A stretch of 64,000 bases of DNA from Rebecca billardiae RCC1528 (Eukaryota > Protista > Haptophyta), in contig OZ251230.1 in assembly GCA_965240325.2 (NCBI GenBank), forward strand, positions 248,001 through 312,000. Reading direction: 5' to 3'. The notes under the pieces were generated by a model that saw only the letters and a program-made list of their open reading frames with translations, was not told where the DNA came from and did no database searches. Below are positions 11,876 through 25,122 of the stretch, in pieces; positions within the stretch are counted from its first letter, which is position 1, and each line of letters starts with the position of its first letter. A program made the position numbers and the translations under genes.

Positions 11876-12814
11876 TCAGAGACGTTGTACCACTGCACAC
11901 CAGTTGCCGCAATCGTACCACGTTTCCTCGATCTCAACCTCTCCAGAGGCGACGAGAGGGCCGAAAAGCTCTTCCAGCTCGCCCCGGCAGTACACGTGGC
12001 AGTAGCGCTGGAAGACGATCGTGCCCTTTGCGTCGTCGTGGACATCGTGGGCGGGCCATGCGCTGGTGCCGCCGCCCTTGGCGTCGGCAGCGCGCTCGGT
12101 AGCTGCTGGGATGCTGTTGGCGCTGCCGTCATCAGCCACCTGCGCCTTGGGGACGTGGAAGGGCACGAGCACGTCCGGGGCGGAAAAGCGGTGCCCCGAG
12201 TACCCACCGGCCACCGCCGAGGAGGATGCTTGCCCTGCGCCCCCGCCGCCCGCAGCGTCGCTGCCCTCCTGCTCCTGCGCCCACGCGTAGAAGAGTGCGC
12301 GGCCGCCGACGGCGAGGAGGCGGCAGCACTCGGCGCATGCGGCGAGCCTGCGCTCGCGTGTGGAGAGGTGGTGCAGCACGGCGATGCACAGCACGCATTC
12401 AAAGGCGCCCGACCGAAACGGCAGCCTGGTCACGTCGGCGCCGACGACCTGAAAGCCTCGCTCGGCGGCAATCTTGGCGAGCTCCATCGAGATGTCGCTG
12501 GCGATTGGGAAGCTGGGGCCGGGCTCGCTCGAGTCGCCCTGCGCGCCCGTGAACTGGCATGCCGGTAGGTTCTTGCCGTTGCCGGCACCCACGTCCGCGA
12601 TCAGGGAGCCGCGAGGGCGCTCGCGAACAAACGCCTCCACGCGCGGCCACGCCTTGTACCGCGTGCCGTGCCACTTGCGCGCGATGCGGTCGTACACACG
12701 GCGCACGTGCTCGACCTCGATCGAGGGCGTCCCATCCGCCTCGACACGAGCGATAGCCTCCTCGAGCTCACTGCCTGCCAGCGGGTAGGACCTCCGACTG
12801 CCATCCAATGCCAT
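11876..12814 (-). CDS. TRM9: Trm9/ALKBH8-type tRNA wobble-uridine methyltransferase
   Basis: [11 protein letters not shown]...[45 protein letters not shown] and YDCGNWC motifs. Confidence 0.9.
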   Translation of the reverse strand: MALDGSRRSYPLAGSELEEAIARVEADGTPSIEVEHVRRVYDRIARKWHGTRYKAWPRVEAFVRERPRGSLIADVGAGNGKNLPACQFTGAQGDSSEPGPSFPIASDISMELAKIAAERGFQVVGADVTRLPFRSGAFECVLCIAVLHHLSTRERRLAACAECCRLLAVGGRALFYAWAQEQEGSDAAGGGGAGQASSSAVAGGYSGHRFSAPDVLVPFHVPKAQVADDGSANSIPAATERAADAKGGGTSAWPAHDVHDDAKGTIVFQRYCHVYCRGELEELFGPLVASGEVEIEETWYDCGNWCAVVQRL

Positions 12815-13108
12815 TTGTCCCGCACGGTCACCGACGCCGGGCGGCCATCGTGCTTTTTGCGTGCCCGGCTGCCCGCCGACGCGGCATACATACTGTACAG
12901 TTTACTATGTTTTAACGTGCACACTTGGTTAAGGCGTGATTACTGGTGCAAAGTGCAAACGGCCTGCACCCCGCTCGGTTGTCCAGCGCGCACTGGCACG
13001 GGTTTGCACCGAGCGTTCCCTGCGCACGCGCGCACGCGAAGGCCGAGGGGCGAGAGCCTTGCTGCGCGCCCGCCGCCGCGTCGCGCGCGTCGCGCGCTCC
13101 CGGCCACG

Positions 13109-14020
13109 ATGTCGCTCGAGGCGTCGCTGGAGTACGCGTGCCCAAAGTGCTCGACGCGCATGCGCTCCGTGCCCCCCGGCCCCGCCTTCCGCGCCACCTG
13201 CGTGCGCTGCGCGGCCAAGTTTGTCGTGCGGCTCGCGGCGGCCGCGCCGCCGCCGCCGCCGCCCGCGGCGGCGGCCGCCGCGGGCGCGGGCGCCGGTGCG
13301 GCGCAGCCAGCCGTCGTGGACGACACGGGCGAGGCGGACGCCGCGGACGCGCCGCCGCCCGCGAAGGACGTCTTTGTCGACTACACGCCCACGCTGCCGC
13401 TCGAGGGCGCGCAGCCGCACCCGGGCGACATTGTCGAGTCGAACTCGCTCGCGGCGACGCCGGTGCCGCTCGTGCCGTACGTTCCCGTGTACTGCTGCGA
13501 GGAGAGCATGGCGCCGGTCGTCTCGTCGGGCAAGCTGAGCGCGCTGCAGCTCGAGACCGTCGCGCTGTGCGGCGCGCGGCACGAGCACCTGCTGCCTGAC
13601 GGGCGGCGCGCGGGCTTCTTCCTCGGCGACGGCGCGGGCGTGGGCAAGGGGCGGCAGATCGCCGCGGTGATCGTGGACAACTACGCGCGCGGGCGGCGCA
13701 AGCACGTGTGGTTCTCCACCTCCACCGACCTGCGGCTCGACGCCGAGCGCGACCTGCGCGACATTGGCGCGCCGGGCGTGGCCGTGCACGACGGCTGCCA
13801 GCAGCTCGACCGCGAGACGCGCGGGCTCGGGCTGGGCGCGGCGTTCAGCGAGGGCGTCGTCTTCTCGACGTACGCCTCGCTCGTCAGCGCCGCGCGCCAG
13901 GCGCGCGGCGGCGAGAGCCGGCTGCAGCAGCTCGTGCGCTGGTGCGGCGCGGAGGCGTTCGATGGCTGCGTCGTGTTCGATGAGTGCCACAAGGCGAAGA
14001 ACTTCAAGCAGGCGGCGCAG

Positions 14021-14051
<31 letters not shown>

Positions 14052-17000
14052 CGTCGGAGGTGAGCGCGGCCGACGGCTCCTCCAAGGTCTCCGCCGCGGT
14101 GATCCAGCTGCAGCGCCTGCTGCCGCGCGCGCGCGTGCTGTACGCGTCGGCGACGGGCGTGTCCGAGCCTTCCAACATGGCGTACATGGAGCGGCTCGGG
14201 CTGTGGGGGCCGGGCTCGGCGTTCGGCGGCGAGTTCTCGGCGTTCCTCGAGGCGCTCGAGGCGCGCGGCGTCGGCGCGATGGAGCTGCTCGCGATGGAGA
14301 TGAAGGCGTCCGGCATGTACACCGCGCGCGGCCTCTCCTTCCGCGCCGCCGAGTTTGAGGTGCGCAGCATCCGGCTCAGCGCCGAGCAGCGCGCGGTCTA
14401 CGACGGCGCCGCGGCGTTCTGGCGGCGCGTGCACGCGGAGATCGGCGAGGCGAAGGCGCGGCTCGAGGCGAAGGGCGGCGCGAAGGGGCCCGGCGGCAAG
14501 GGCGGCTCCGACGGCTCGGCGTCCTCCAACTTCTTCAAGCAGCTCTGCGTCGCGTCCAAGGTGCCGCAGGTGGTGGGCCTCGCGCGCGCCGCGCTGCAGC
14601 GGGGCGAGTGCGTCGTGATCGGGCTGCAGATGACGGGCGAGTCGGCGCTGGTGGCCGAGCTCTCGCGCGACCTGCAGCTCGCGCGGCTGCCCTCCTCGTG
14701 CCGCGAGATCCTCCGCCGCCTCATCCTCGAGCGCTTCCCGACCGAGGTGGACGGCGGCGCGCTCGCCAAGAAGCGCGCCGCACTCGACGAGCGCGCGCGC
14801 GCGCTCACCGAGGCGGTGATCAAGGCGCGCGCGGGCGTGGCGGCGCTGCAGGCGGCGGGCGCGGACGCGAGCGGGCCGATGGCCGAGCTGCTCGCGCTCT
14901 CGCGCCGGCACACCGAGACCCGCCTCGAGGCGGACGCGGTGGGCGCGCAGCTGGACGCGGCCGCGCACGGCCCGTGCCACGAGTGCACGACCGCCAAGGC
15001 GCGGCTGCTGCGAGAGCTCGACGAGCTGCCGCTGCCGCCGTGCGCGCTCGACTGGCTGGTGGACGAGCTGGGCGGGCCCGAGGCCGTCGCCGAGATGACC
15101 GGGCGGCGCGGCCGCATGGTGCGCCGCGGCGGCGCGCGCGGCGCCGACGGCGGCGCGGCGGGCGGCGCGCGGTTTGCGTACGCGCTGCGAACGCCCGCGG
15201 ACGCGCTCGGCGGCGGCGGCGGCGGCGGGTGCGCGCCGGGCGGGGACGAGCTGGAGCAGCTCAACGTGCTCGAGCGCAAGGCGTTCTGCGAGGGGCGCAA
15301 GCTCGTCGCCATCATCTCCGACGCGGCCTCCACCGGCATCTCGCTTCACGCGGACGTGCGCACGGCCAACCAGCGGCGGCGCGTGCACATCACGCTCGAG
15401 CTGCCCTGGTCGGCCGACAAGGCGGTGCAGCAGCTGGGGCGGTCGCACCGCTCGAACCAGTCGTCCGCGCCGGTGTACGTGCTCGCGCAGACCGAGCTGG
15501 GTGGCGAGGCGCGCTTCGCCTCCGCGGTCGCCAAGCGCCTCGAGCTGATGGGCGCGCTCACGCGCGGCGACCGGCGCGCGGCGTCGGGCGCCGACCTGCG
15601 CCAATTCAATTACGACACGGCGTGGGGGCGCAAGGCGCTGCAGCAGCTGCTGCACGCGCTGGCGACGGGCGCGATGACGGCCGGGGTGGACTACGCCGCG
15701 CTCGCGCGCGAGCACGCGCGCGCCGAGGCCGAGGCGGCGGGCCTCGACCCCGCCGCCGCGCCGCCTCCCCTCGGCATGGGTGCGCTGCACTGCCGCCTCA
15801 AGGCCGCGGCCGAGCGGATGGGCTTCGCAGACGAGCTCAAGGGCGCGCTCGGCGGGCCCGAGGCGGACGGCGCGCTCGGGCTGGCGCTGGGCGCGCCCGC
15901 GCCCAAGGCGAAGAAGAGCGGCGCCACCGTCAAGAAGTTCCTCAACAAGCTGCTCACGTGCGCGCGCGCGACGGCGCGCACGCGAGCGCGACAGAGGAGC
16001 GCGCCGCGGCCGCGCTCGCGCTCACGCGCGCCGCTCGCGCGCGCGCACACGCGCGGCGCGTGTTCCGGCTGCCTGGCTGCCTTCCAGGCTTGGCGTGAGC
16101 GAGCAGAACCTGCTCTTCTCCGCCTTCCACGCCACGCTCGAGGCGCTGATCAGCGCGGCGGTCAAGGTGCGCGCTGCGCGCCGCCGCGCGTCATAGGCGC
16201 GGCGCCCGCCGCACCCGCCGCGCACTCCGCGCCCCGCGCGCACTCAACCCGCCGCGCGCTCGGCCACGCCCCGCACGCCGCACGCCGCACGCACCGCGCA
16301 GGACGGCAAGTACGACGCGGGCGTGGGTGACGTGGTCGCCACCTCCATCGTGCGCAAGAGCGAGCGCGTCCTGTGGACCGACCCCGCGACGCGCGCGCGC
16401 ACGCGGCTTGTCACGCTCGCGTGCGACCGCGGCGTGGCGTGGGAGGAGGCGGTGGCGCGGTACTCAGCGGCGGTGCAGGGGGCGGCGGGCGCGGAGGGCA
16501 CGGCGGGAGCGGCCGAGGCGGGGGAGGAGGAGGAGGAGGCGGCGGACGGCAGCAGCGGCAGTGAGAGCGGCGGCGAGAGCGAGGAGGAGGCGGAGGAAGA
16601 GGAGGGCGGGGGCGAGAGCGGCGTGTCGGCCGCGGCGGCAGCGCCCGAGGCGGCGGCCGCGCCCGCGGCCGCCGCCGCCGCCGCCGCCGCCGCCACCGCG
16701 CCCGCCGCTGCGCCCGCCGCCGCCGGCCGCGCTGAGCCGCGGCCGCGGCCGCGCCGCGCGCGCCGCCGCCGGCACGACGGCTTCTACGCGTCGATCCGCA
16801 AGTTCCAGGGGCGGCACACGCTGTACGCACTCGCGCTCTCGAGGGCGGAGGAGCCGCGCGCCTTCAGCCTCGTGCGGCCCAACACGGGCGCCGTGCGGCA
16901 CGACGTTGACCTCGAGACGCTGCGCGAGCGGTACGTGCGCGTGTCCGCGCGGCGCGCGCGCGCGGGGTGGGAGGCGCTGCACGCGCTGGCGGACGACGAG

Positions 17001-17786
17001 AGCAGCGGGCTCCCGGCGCGGCGCTTCGAGCTGCTGCTGCTGAGCGGCACACTCACGCCCCTCTGGCCGACGCTGCTCGCCCTGGTGAACGAGCACGCGC
17101 TCAAGCTCACGCGCGCCGAGCAGCGCCTCTCCGTCGTGCGCGTGCAGACCACGGACTGCGCAGAGCGGGTGGTCGGGATCAAGTGGGCGCGCGCGCTGCT
17201 GCCGTACCTGCGCGAGCGGCTCGAGGGGCTCGGCGCGGCGAAGGCGGCGGCCGCGCACGCGGCGGGTGGCGCGAGCGCCACGGGCGAGACGGGCGCGGCC
17301 GACGCCATCGGCGCGCCCATCGAGCGCCGCGCCTTGGAGAAGGTTCTCACCCCCAAGCCCACCATCCTCAGCTTCTTCGCCGCCAAGGGGCAGGGGCAGG
17401 GGCAGCAGCAGCAGCACGGCGGCGGCTCGCAGCCGCACCCGCCCCAGCGGCTCACGCCGCCGCGCGCGCACGGCGGCGGCGGCAGTGGCGGCGCGGAGAG
17501 CGCCATCGAGCTCGACGCCGCCACGCCGCCGCCCGCGCGCGGCCTCGGCGGCAGCTCGGCGGCCAGCCCGCAGCTGGTCGACCTCACTTCGGACGCGCCG
17601 ACCGTGCGCCAGCTCGCTCGCTCCTCCGCGGGCGCGGCCGCCAAGCGGCCGCTCGGCGCCGCCGCGCTCTCGGCGCCGCCGCCAGGCAAGCGGCCGAGCA
17701 AGCAGCCCGCGGCAGGGGGCGGCTCGAAGGGCGCGGCGTCCAAATCGGCCGCCATCTCCAAGTGGTTCCGCCCGAAGGGCTCCTAG
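13109..17786 (+). CDS. SBNO: Strawberry notch family SF2 helicase-like protein
   Basis: [64 protein letters not shown]. Introns 15958-16087 and 16167-16301. Confidence 0.93.
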
Positions 17787-17971
17787 CAGCTTCTCGTTCT
17801 CCGTCGACGCGAAGAAAGAACTGCTGCTGCTCGTCGCTGTCGTCGAGTCTACTGTCTTAGTAGCCGAACATACTGTACGACTGGCGACTTGACATGCATT
17901 ATATGATCTGGACGAATATAAGTGTCAATAATGACGATGCTGCACGGCAGACGACATCGCGGCCATCACGG

Positions 17972-20900
17972 CTAGCGCTCGTAGTGGAGCCCCGTGAGCG
18001 ACTTGCGCAGCCCGTTGACCGCGTCGAGCACCTGCCCGAGCGCGAGCGAGTTGACGCGCACCTCGGCGCGCAGGTGGTTGAGCTCGTTGCGGATGGACTC
18101 TGCGTCTTCCGCCGCGCCGCCGCCACCGCCGCCGCCGCCGCCGTCTGCCGCGGCGCGCGGCGGCGCGGGCGGCTCGTGCAGCACGGCGGCGCCGCCGACG
18201 AGCGCGACGACCGCCGCCGCCTCGTCCGCGACGGCGCGCGCGTCGGCGGTGGCGGCCGCGCTCGCCGCCGCCGCGAGCGCCGCCGCCGAGCTGAGCTCGT
18301 GCTGCAGCGAGGCGGAGGAGGACTGCCTCGAGAGCACGCGCGAGCCCGCCACGCCCTCGCCGTCGGTCGCGGGCGGCTGCTGCAGGATGGAGAGCGCCGC
18401 GTGGCCCACGCCCGCCGCGGGCAGCAGCACGCCGAACAGCAGGTGGCGCACGGCGCTCAGGTGCAGGCACGCGTACAGACCGCCAGCGAGCGCGCAGCAC
18501 AGCCGCGCGAGCGAGGCGCGCTCGGCCGCCGCGGCCGCGCCCGCCGCCGCGCCGAAGGCCGAGCTCGCGCCCGCCGCGGCCGAGCGCGCGCGGCCGAGCG
18601 CCGGCCGCGCCGCCGCGGCCGCGCCGCCGCCCTCCAGCCCGGTCGCCGCGCGCGAGAGCGCAGGCTTGGCGGCGGGCGCGCGCGGGCGCACGCTGCTCGG
18701 CCGGTCGCGCAGCATCACGCTGTCCAGCTCGAGCGCGCGCGCGTACGCCTCGAGCGCGTGCTCGCCGAGCACGAGGTCGGCCCTGCTGCGCATCTCCTCG
18801 GGTGGCAGGTACGGGAACGACTGAGGCAGCAGGGGCAGGGGCGGCGTCAGCGGCGGCAGCAGCGGCGCCCGCGGGCACGGCACGGCACGGCGCGGTGAGC
18901 GCGCGCGCGCGCGCGCGCCCGCACCTGCTCGAGGTGGTCCGCGAAGATGAGCGTGAGCTTCTCCCGCCCGATGAAGTGCGCGTGCGTGTACGCCTTGGCG
19001 GGCAGACCCAGCGCGGCGCACGCGCACTCCACCGCCTGGGTGCGCGCAGGCGGCGCGCAGCGGGGAGGCAGCGCGGGGCTGAGCGCCAAGGGAGCGTGCG
19101 TGGCGCGCGCCGGGCCGCGCGCGGTGCCCGCGCACGCACCCACTCGTCCGCGGCGAGCGAGCGGTGCACGAAGGCGAGCGTGACGAAGCGGTCGAGCTGC
19201 GACAGCTCGCTGAGCGCGGTGCCGTCCGCGCCGATCGCGGCCGACGCCTCGCGGCCGCGCGCCGGCAGCCCCGCGCGCGGCGCGCCGTCGGCGTGCGCGC
19301 CAGGCTCGTCGGCGGCGCCGGGCTCGACACAGACGGCGCCGGGCTCGACCAGCCGCAGCAGCCGCTTCGCGCGCGGCAGGCTCTCGTCCACCCAGCTCGA
19401 GATGACTTCGCGCACGTGCGCCGCCGTCGCCTCCCTCTCGAGAGCGCGCGCGGCCGCGGCCGCGGGCGCGTCCGCCTCCGGCTCGGCGGCGGCGGCGGCG
19501 GGCGGCGCGGCGGCTGCGGCGGCGCCGTCTGTGTCCGAGGCGGGCGCGGAGGCGCGCGCGTGCGCGGGCGCGTGCGCGTGCGCGTGCGCGTGCGCGGCTG
19601 GCGGCTCGACGGCTTGCCTGATCATCTCGAGCAGCTGCGCGCCCTCCGGCTGCGCCGGCCGCGCGCCGCCGAGCGCCGAGCCACGGCGCGACGCGGCCGC
19701 GGCGGCGAGCGCGGCCGCCTCCGCGTCCGCGTCGGCGTCTTCGGCGTGTCCGCTGTGCGCGGCCGCTGCTGCGCGCGCGCGCTGCGCGTGCAGCTCGTCC
19801 GCGCCGTGGCCCGCCGCCTTCGCCGCGGCGGCGGCCGCCGCCTTCGCCGCGGCGCGGCGCGCGCCGTCCTTCGCGCCCGCCTCCGCCGTCTTGCGCAGCC
19901 AGCGGAACACCGCCACCGCGTCCGCGTCGCCGTGCCGCTTGTCCGGGTGCCACTCGAGGTAGAGGCGCTTGAGGGCGCGCGCCTGCTCCGCCTCGTCGGG
20001 CAGCTCCCACACCGCGTCGAGCTGCTGGCGCACGGCCGCGCACTTCTGCCGCGCGGAGGGCGTGAGGTCCGCCTCGTCCACGCCCTCGTACCCGTGCACC
20101 ACGACGGACGCGCCCTCGCCCGCGCCGCCGCCGCCCGCCGCGGCCGCACCGTCGGCGGGCGCGGCCGCGCGCGGCGGCGAGCGCTTGGGCGCGTCCGACG
20201 CGCGCCGCGAGCGCTCCGACTCGGCCTCGACGCCGTCGGGCGGCGCGGGCATGCCGAGCACCGAGGGCACGACGAAGCCCTTCTGCCGCAGGATCGCCTC
20301 GCGCGCCGCGTCGTCGCGCATCAGCATCGCGCGCCCGACGAAGTCCTCGAAGTCGCCCGCGCGCTCGAGGTCGCCCAGCAGCGTGCGCGCGAGCGCGCGC
20401 GGCACCTCGAGCGCGGCGAGCGCGCCGCCGCCGCGCCCGACGTAGAGCAGCCCGCGCGGCGCGTCCCAGAACGCGCCCACCTCGCGGCTCGAGACGATCG
20501 GCTCCGCCGCGCCGCCGCCGCCCGCGCCGCCGCCGCCGCCGCGCGCCGCCGCGCGCGCGATCGTGTGCGTCACGCTCACGCGCGCGGCCGTCACCTCCTT
20601 GGTGCGGAAGAGGAGCCGCATCGTGCCGGCCGCGCACAGCCGCTCAAAGTCGGGGCGGAGGCGGTTGGCGAGGAAGGTGGCGATGCAGCGCTTCGTGCCC
20701 GGCGTGAGCAGCTCCGCCTCGCCCTCGCCCTCGCCCTCGCCCTCCGCCGCGGGCGCACCCGCCGCGTCGGCCGCCGCGTCGCGCGGCAGCGCCGCGCCGC
20801 CGCGCAGCACGCCCTCGGCGCGCACGGCGCACTGCGCGCGCGCGCCCACGCCGCGCACGCCGAGCGCGGCGCCGAGCTGGAGGTACGGCGCGGCGGAGCC

Positions 20901-23900
20901 GTCGCCCTCGCGCGGCGCCCAGACGAAGGGCAGCGTCGCCCCCTCGCCCTCCTCGCCCGCCTCGCCGCCCTCGCCCTCGCCCTCGCCCCCGCCGCCCCCC
21001 TCGAACGCGCCCCTCAGCTCGGAGTCGTCCGGCAGCAGCGCCTCTGCGGGCGGCACGAGCGCCATGGCGTGCGTGAGCGCCCACCCCTTCTCGCACAGCC
21101 GCGCCCAGAGCTCGGCGGGCATCGCGCGCTCGCGCTCGCGCCCGCGCTTCGCCGTGTGCGTCGCGAGCCGCGCCCACAGCGCGCGCAGCACGGGCGGCGC
21201 GGGCGGGCGCTCCGCCGCGTCCGCGTTTGACAGCGCCAGCCAGCGGTGCGCGTAGTCCGAGTCGTCCGCGTGCGGCCGCGCGCCCAGCTTCTCGACGAGG
21301 TAGTGGCGCAGCCCCTCGGGGTACTCGAGCGAGAGGATGTGCAGCTGGCCCAGGAAGATCTCGCGCTCCGCCGCCCACACGCACTCCTTCGCGCGCACCC
21401 AGCGCGGGCGCGGCGTGCGCACGAGCAGCGTCGCGCTCCCCTCCCACTCCGCCAGCTCGGCGCTCGCGGCCGCGCGCGCGCCGCCCGCGCCCACGCCCGC
21501 CGAGGCGGCCGCGAGCGCGGTGAAGAGCTTGAGGACGAGCGCGGGCTCGACGTCGTCCGCCGGCTGCGCCGCCAGCCGGCGCACGTGCGCCACCAGCGCG
21601 CCCGCGCTCGCGTCCGTCGGCAGCCCCAGGAACGCCGCGACGCGCGGCCGCAGCTGCAGCGTGCAGTACGGCAGGCCGGCCCCAAACACGTCGCGCAGCG
21701 CCGCAGAGTCTGCGAACAGCTGCGAGGGCGCGCGCGCGCCGGCGGAGGAGGGCAGCCACGGCGCGGAGAGCAGCAGCCGCTTGAGCTCCGACGGGCGCCG
21801 CGTCACGTGCAGCAGCGCGCGCGCGCCGCCGCCCGCGCCGCGCGCCGCGCGCGCGGGCGAGGCGAGGGCCGCGTGCGCCGAGGGCGCGCGGTGCACGCGC
21901 GCCTCCTCCCAGCCCATCCGGCCGGACGACAGCAGCGCGTCCAGCCACTCGGCGAGGAGCGCGGCCTGCTCGGCGCTGACGGGAGCGCCGCCCGCCACCG
22001 CGCCCGCCTCGGCGCCCGCCACCGCGCCGCCCTCGCCCTCGGCCGCGGCCGCGCGCCGCAGCAGCGCGAGCGCGGGGAACTCAATGTCAGGCGCGCCCGG
22101 CCCGCCCGCGCCCGCGGTGGAGACGGCGGCGGGCGTGATGAGCGGCAGGTCGAGCGCGCCGAGGCAGAGCGCGGCGAAGCCCGCGCCGCCCGCCTCCGCC
22201 CCCGCCCCCGCGCCGCCCTCCGACCCCGCCGCGGGCACGACCGCGCCGCCGTTCGGAGCGCCGCCGGGCGCGCCCGCGCCGCCGCCGGGCGCGGGCGGCT
22301 GCGGCGGCGCGGGCGCGAGCTCGGCATACTCGGGCGCGAGGACGGCGAAGTGGAGGTCGTCCTCGCCCGGCGCGAGCAGCCGCGCCCACGCCGACTTGGC
22401 GCGCGGCACGAGCACCTGCGCGTCCACGTCCACGTCGCCGCGCCGCACCACCAGCCCGCCCTCCAGCGCCAGAGGCATGAGCGGGCCGACCGCGCGCACG
22501 CACCTGTCGTCGATGGCGCCGCGCGCGCGCAGCTCGCGCACGCCGCGCGCGAGCTGAAGCGCGGCGCGCGCGGCGGAGGCGTGCTCGGCGCGCAGCTCGG
22601 CCGCGCCGAGCGCGGGCGCCGCGCCCTTCGCGCCGCCGCCGCTGCCGCCGCCGCCGAGCTGCGCGCGCGCGCTCGCGGGCAGCGCGGGCCGCGCGCCGGC
22701 CGCGCCGTCGCCGCTGCCGGGCGCGCAGCCGTTGTGGGCGCAGCCGTTGTTGACGCAGCCGTTGGCGGTGCCGTTGGCGGGGCCGTTCTCGTCGTTGGCG
22801 AGGGCGGCGGGCCCGCGCGGCGCGCCGGGGACGTGCGCGTCGGGCGGCAGCGGCGGCACGTGGAACGAGCGCACCGCGTGCTCCACGAACGCCGCGACCG
22901 AGAGCGGGCGCAGCCCCAGCGCCTCCTGCGCCCACAGCAGTACGCCGGGCGCGTGCGTGTCGATGGCGGCGTGCACCGAGCGGCACATCAGCTGCAGCGG
23001 CTGCGGCGCGTGCGCGGCGGCGCCGTCGGCGGCGCGCGGGAGGAGGAGCGAGGCCACGTCCTCGGGCAGCGTCTGCGTCGACGCGGCGAACACCGGCCGC
23101 TCCACCGTCGCCGCGCACATGCGCGTGCCCTCCGTGCGCTGCGCGAGCCGCGCGCTCGCGGCCGCGGCCGCGGCCGCGGCGCGCGCGCGCGCGCTGCCGC
23201 CCGCCGCGCCGCCGCCGCCGCCCGCGCCGACGGCGGCGGCGCGCGGCGCGCTGTGCTCGACGCGGAGCAGGGGCAGCCCCTTGAGCGCGGCGGGCGTCGC
23301 CCACGCCTCCGCCGCGAGCAGCGCGTACAGCTCCACCAGCTGCGCCGCGCTCAGCGAGCCCAGCCAGTCCGCGTCCCCCAGGATGGCCCCCCAGTCGGCC
23401 GCGGAGAGCGGCCGCGCGCCGAGCGCGTCCAGCTGCGCGTGGTACAGCGCGGCGACGTCGGCGTGGACGAGAGCGACGGGCGCGGGCTCGGGCGGCGGCG
23501 CGCCCGCCGCCGCGTCGTCGCCCGCGCCGCGCGACACGTGCGCCGGCCACGCCGCGCAGCGCGCGAGCAGCGCGAGCAGCGCCGCGGGCGCGACGCGCGC
23601 GTGCGCCGGCAGCACGAGCTCGGCCGCGCACCCGCCCGCGCCCGGCGTGGCGGCTGCGGCTGCGGCTGCGGCCGAGGGCGGGCGCGGGCGCGGCGCGACG
23701 AGGACGCACGCCGCGCCGGCGAGCTCGGCGAGCGCGCGCGTGCGCAGCTCCGCGAAGAACGTGCTCGACGTCAGCGGCACGAAGCCGTACGCGTCGACCG
23801 CGTGCGCGCGCTGCCCCAGGCAGCTCAGAAACGCGCGCACAAACGCCGACGCGAGGCACTCGCGCAGCCACAGGTTCCACGGGCGGTGGAGCTGGATGGA

Positions 23901-24974
23901 CTCGCGCGAGGAGGAGAGCACGAAGTCGGCGTTGAGCAGGAACGGCACGCGCGAGTGCACCTCCGTCGGCAGGAACGCGAACACGCGCCCCGAGCAGTGC
24001 AGCGCGCCGAGCGCGCCGTCGTCGCCGTCGTCCGCCGAGCGCAGCGGCAGCGCGACCGCGCACGCGCGCGCGTCCACGCCCGCACGGCTCGGCTCGACGA
24101 CGTCGGCGGGCACGGCGGCCTCGTGCGCGGCGAGCCAGTAGTCTCGGCGGCGCTCCTCCCCGCCCGCCCGCGTGATCAGCGAGACCACGTGCCCGCCGTC
24201 GCCGCCGTCGGCCGCCGCGCCGCCGGCCGTGGGCTGCGGGTGCGCGGCCGAGACGACACGCGTCACCTGCGCCGTCACGTGCCCGCCCACGACGACGCGG
24301 AGCTGCGCGATCTTGTGGAGGAAGAGGAGGGTCTCGGGCGCGATGGAGGCGAGCTCGCGCTCCACCTTGTCCCGCTTCCCCGCCTTGAGCGGCAGCAGGA
24401 TCACCGTGTGGCTCACCTCGATGTGCGGCCGCACCGCCTCGGGCACGGCGTGCACCAGCGAGGGCACAATGTACCCCAGCCCCGTGCACTCGTCGGGCTC
24501 CTCGTTGAAGGAGAAGTGGAAGCCGTTGGAGAAGATGGCGGGGCGGGCGGAGACGACGAACACCGACTTGAAGCCGATGCCCTTGTCGCCGATGAACGCA
24601 CCCGACGACTTGCGCGCCTTCTTGGTCGACGCGCCGACCGCGCACAGCGCGCGCACGTCCGCCGGCCGGAAGCCGCGCTCGTTGTTCGAGATGAGGAGCG
24701 CGCCGTCGGCGCCGGGCGTGTGGAGCGGGTCGGTCTCGAGCAGCTCCATCGACAGCGTGGGCGTGGTGCCCTCGTCGTACGCGTTGTCCTCCGCATTCTG
24801 GATGAGCTCGAGCACAAAGTGCGTCTCTGTCGAGTAGAGCCCCTCGGAGAGGTGGAGCACCGAGGCCTGCAGGTCGTCGATCAGCGGGTTGCGCGCGTTG
24901 GACTCGCCCTCGCGGTCCAGCCAGAACTTCTCGCGCCGGATCTGCTCGATCACCCCCCGCCCGTAGTCGCTCAT
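17972..24974 (-). CDS. Giant NO VEIN/sacsin-type GHKL ATPase with J-like motif and C-terminal RNase III-like domain
   Basis: HFVLELIQNAEDN, NNERGF, IGDKGIGFKSVF, FLPT..., NADFVLSSSRE; LYLEWHPDK near 19945. Introns 19139-19036 and 18924-18821 link to the frame ending at 17972. Confidence 0.88.
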
Positions 24975-25122
24975 GCTCGCCGCGCTTCACTCGGCGCTCA
25001 CGCGCGGGGGGATGCTCCCGTTGCGGAGAGGCAGGCGGAGGGGAGGTTCACCCACTGAAGCGGCCAGGAAGATGTTCAAATTCCCGCTCCGGACTGCGCG
25101 CTAAATCCCGCCCGGACCATTG

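Noticed and set aside
21246-25058. Long antisense and alternate-frame ORFs (e.g. 1270 aa +, 953 aa - at 12929, 967 aa - at 22087)
   Set aside because: Arg/Ala/Gly-rich shadows of real genes, caused by stop-codon scarcity at high GC.
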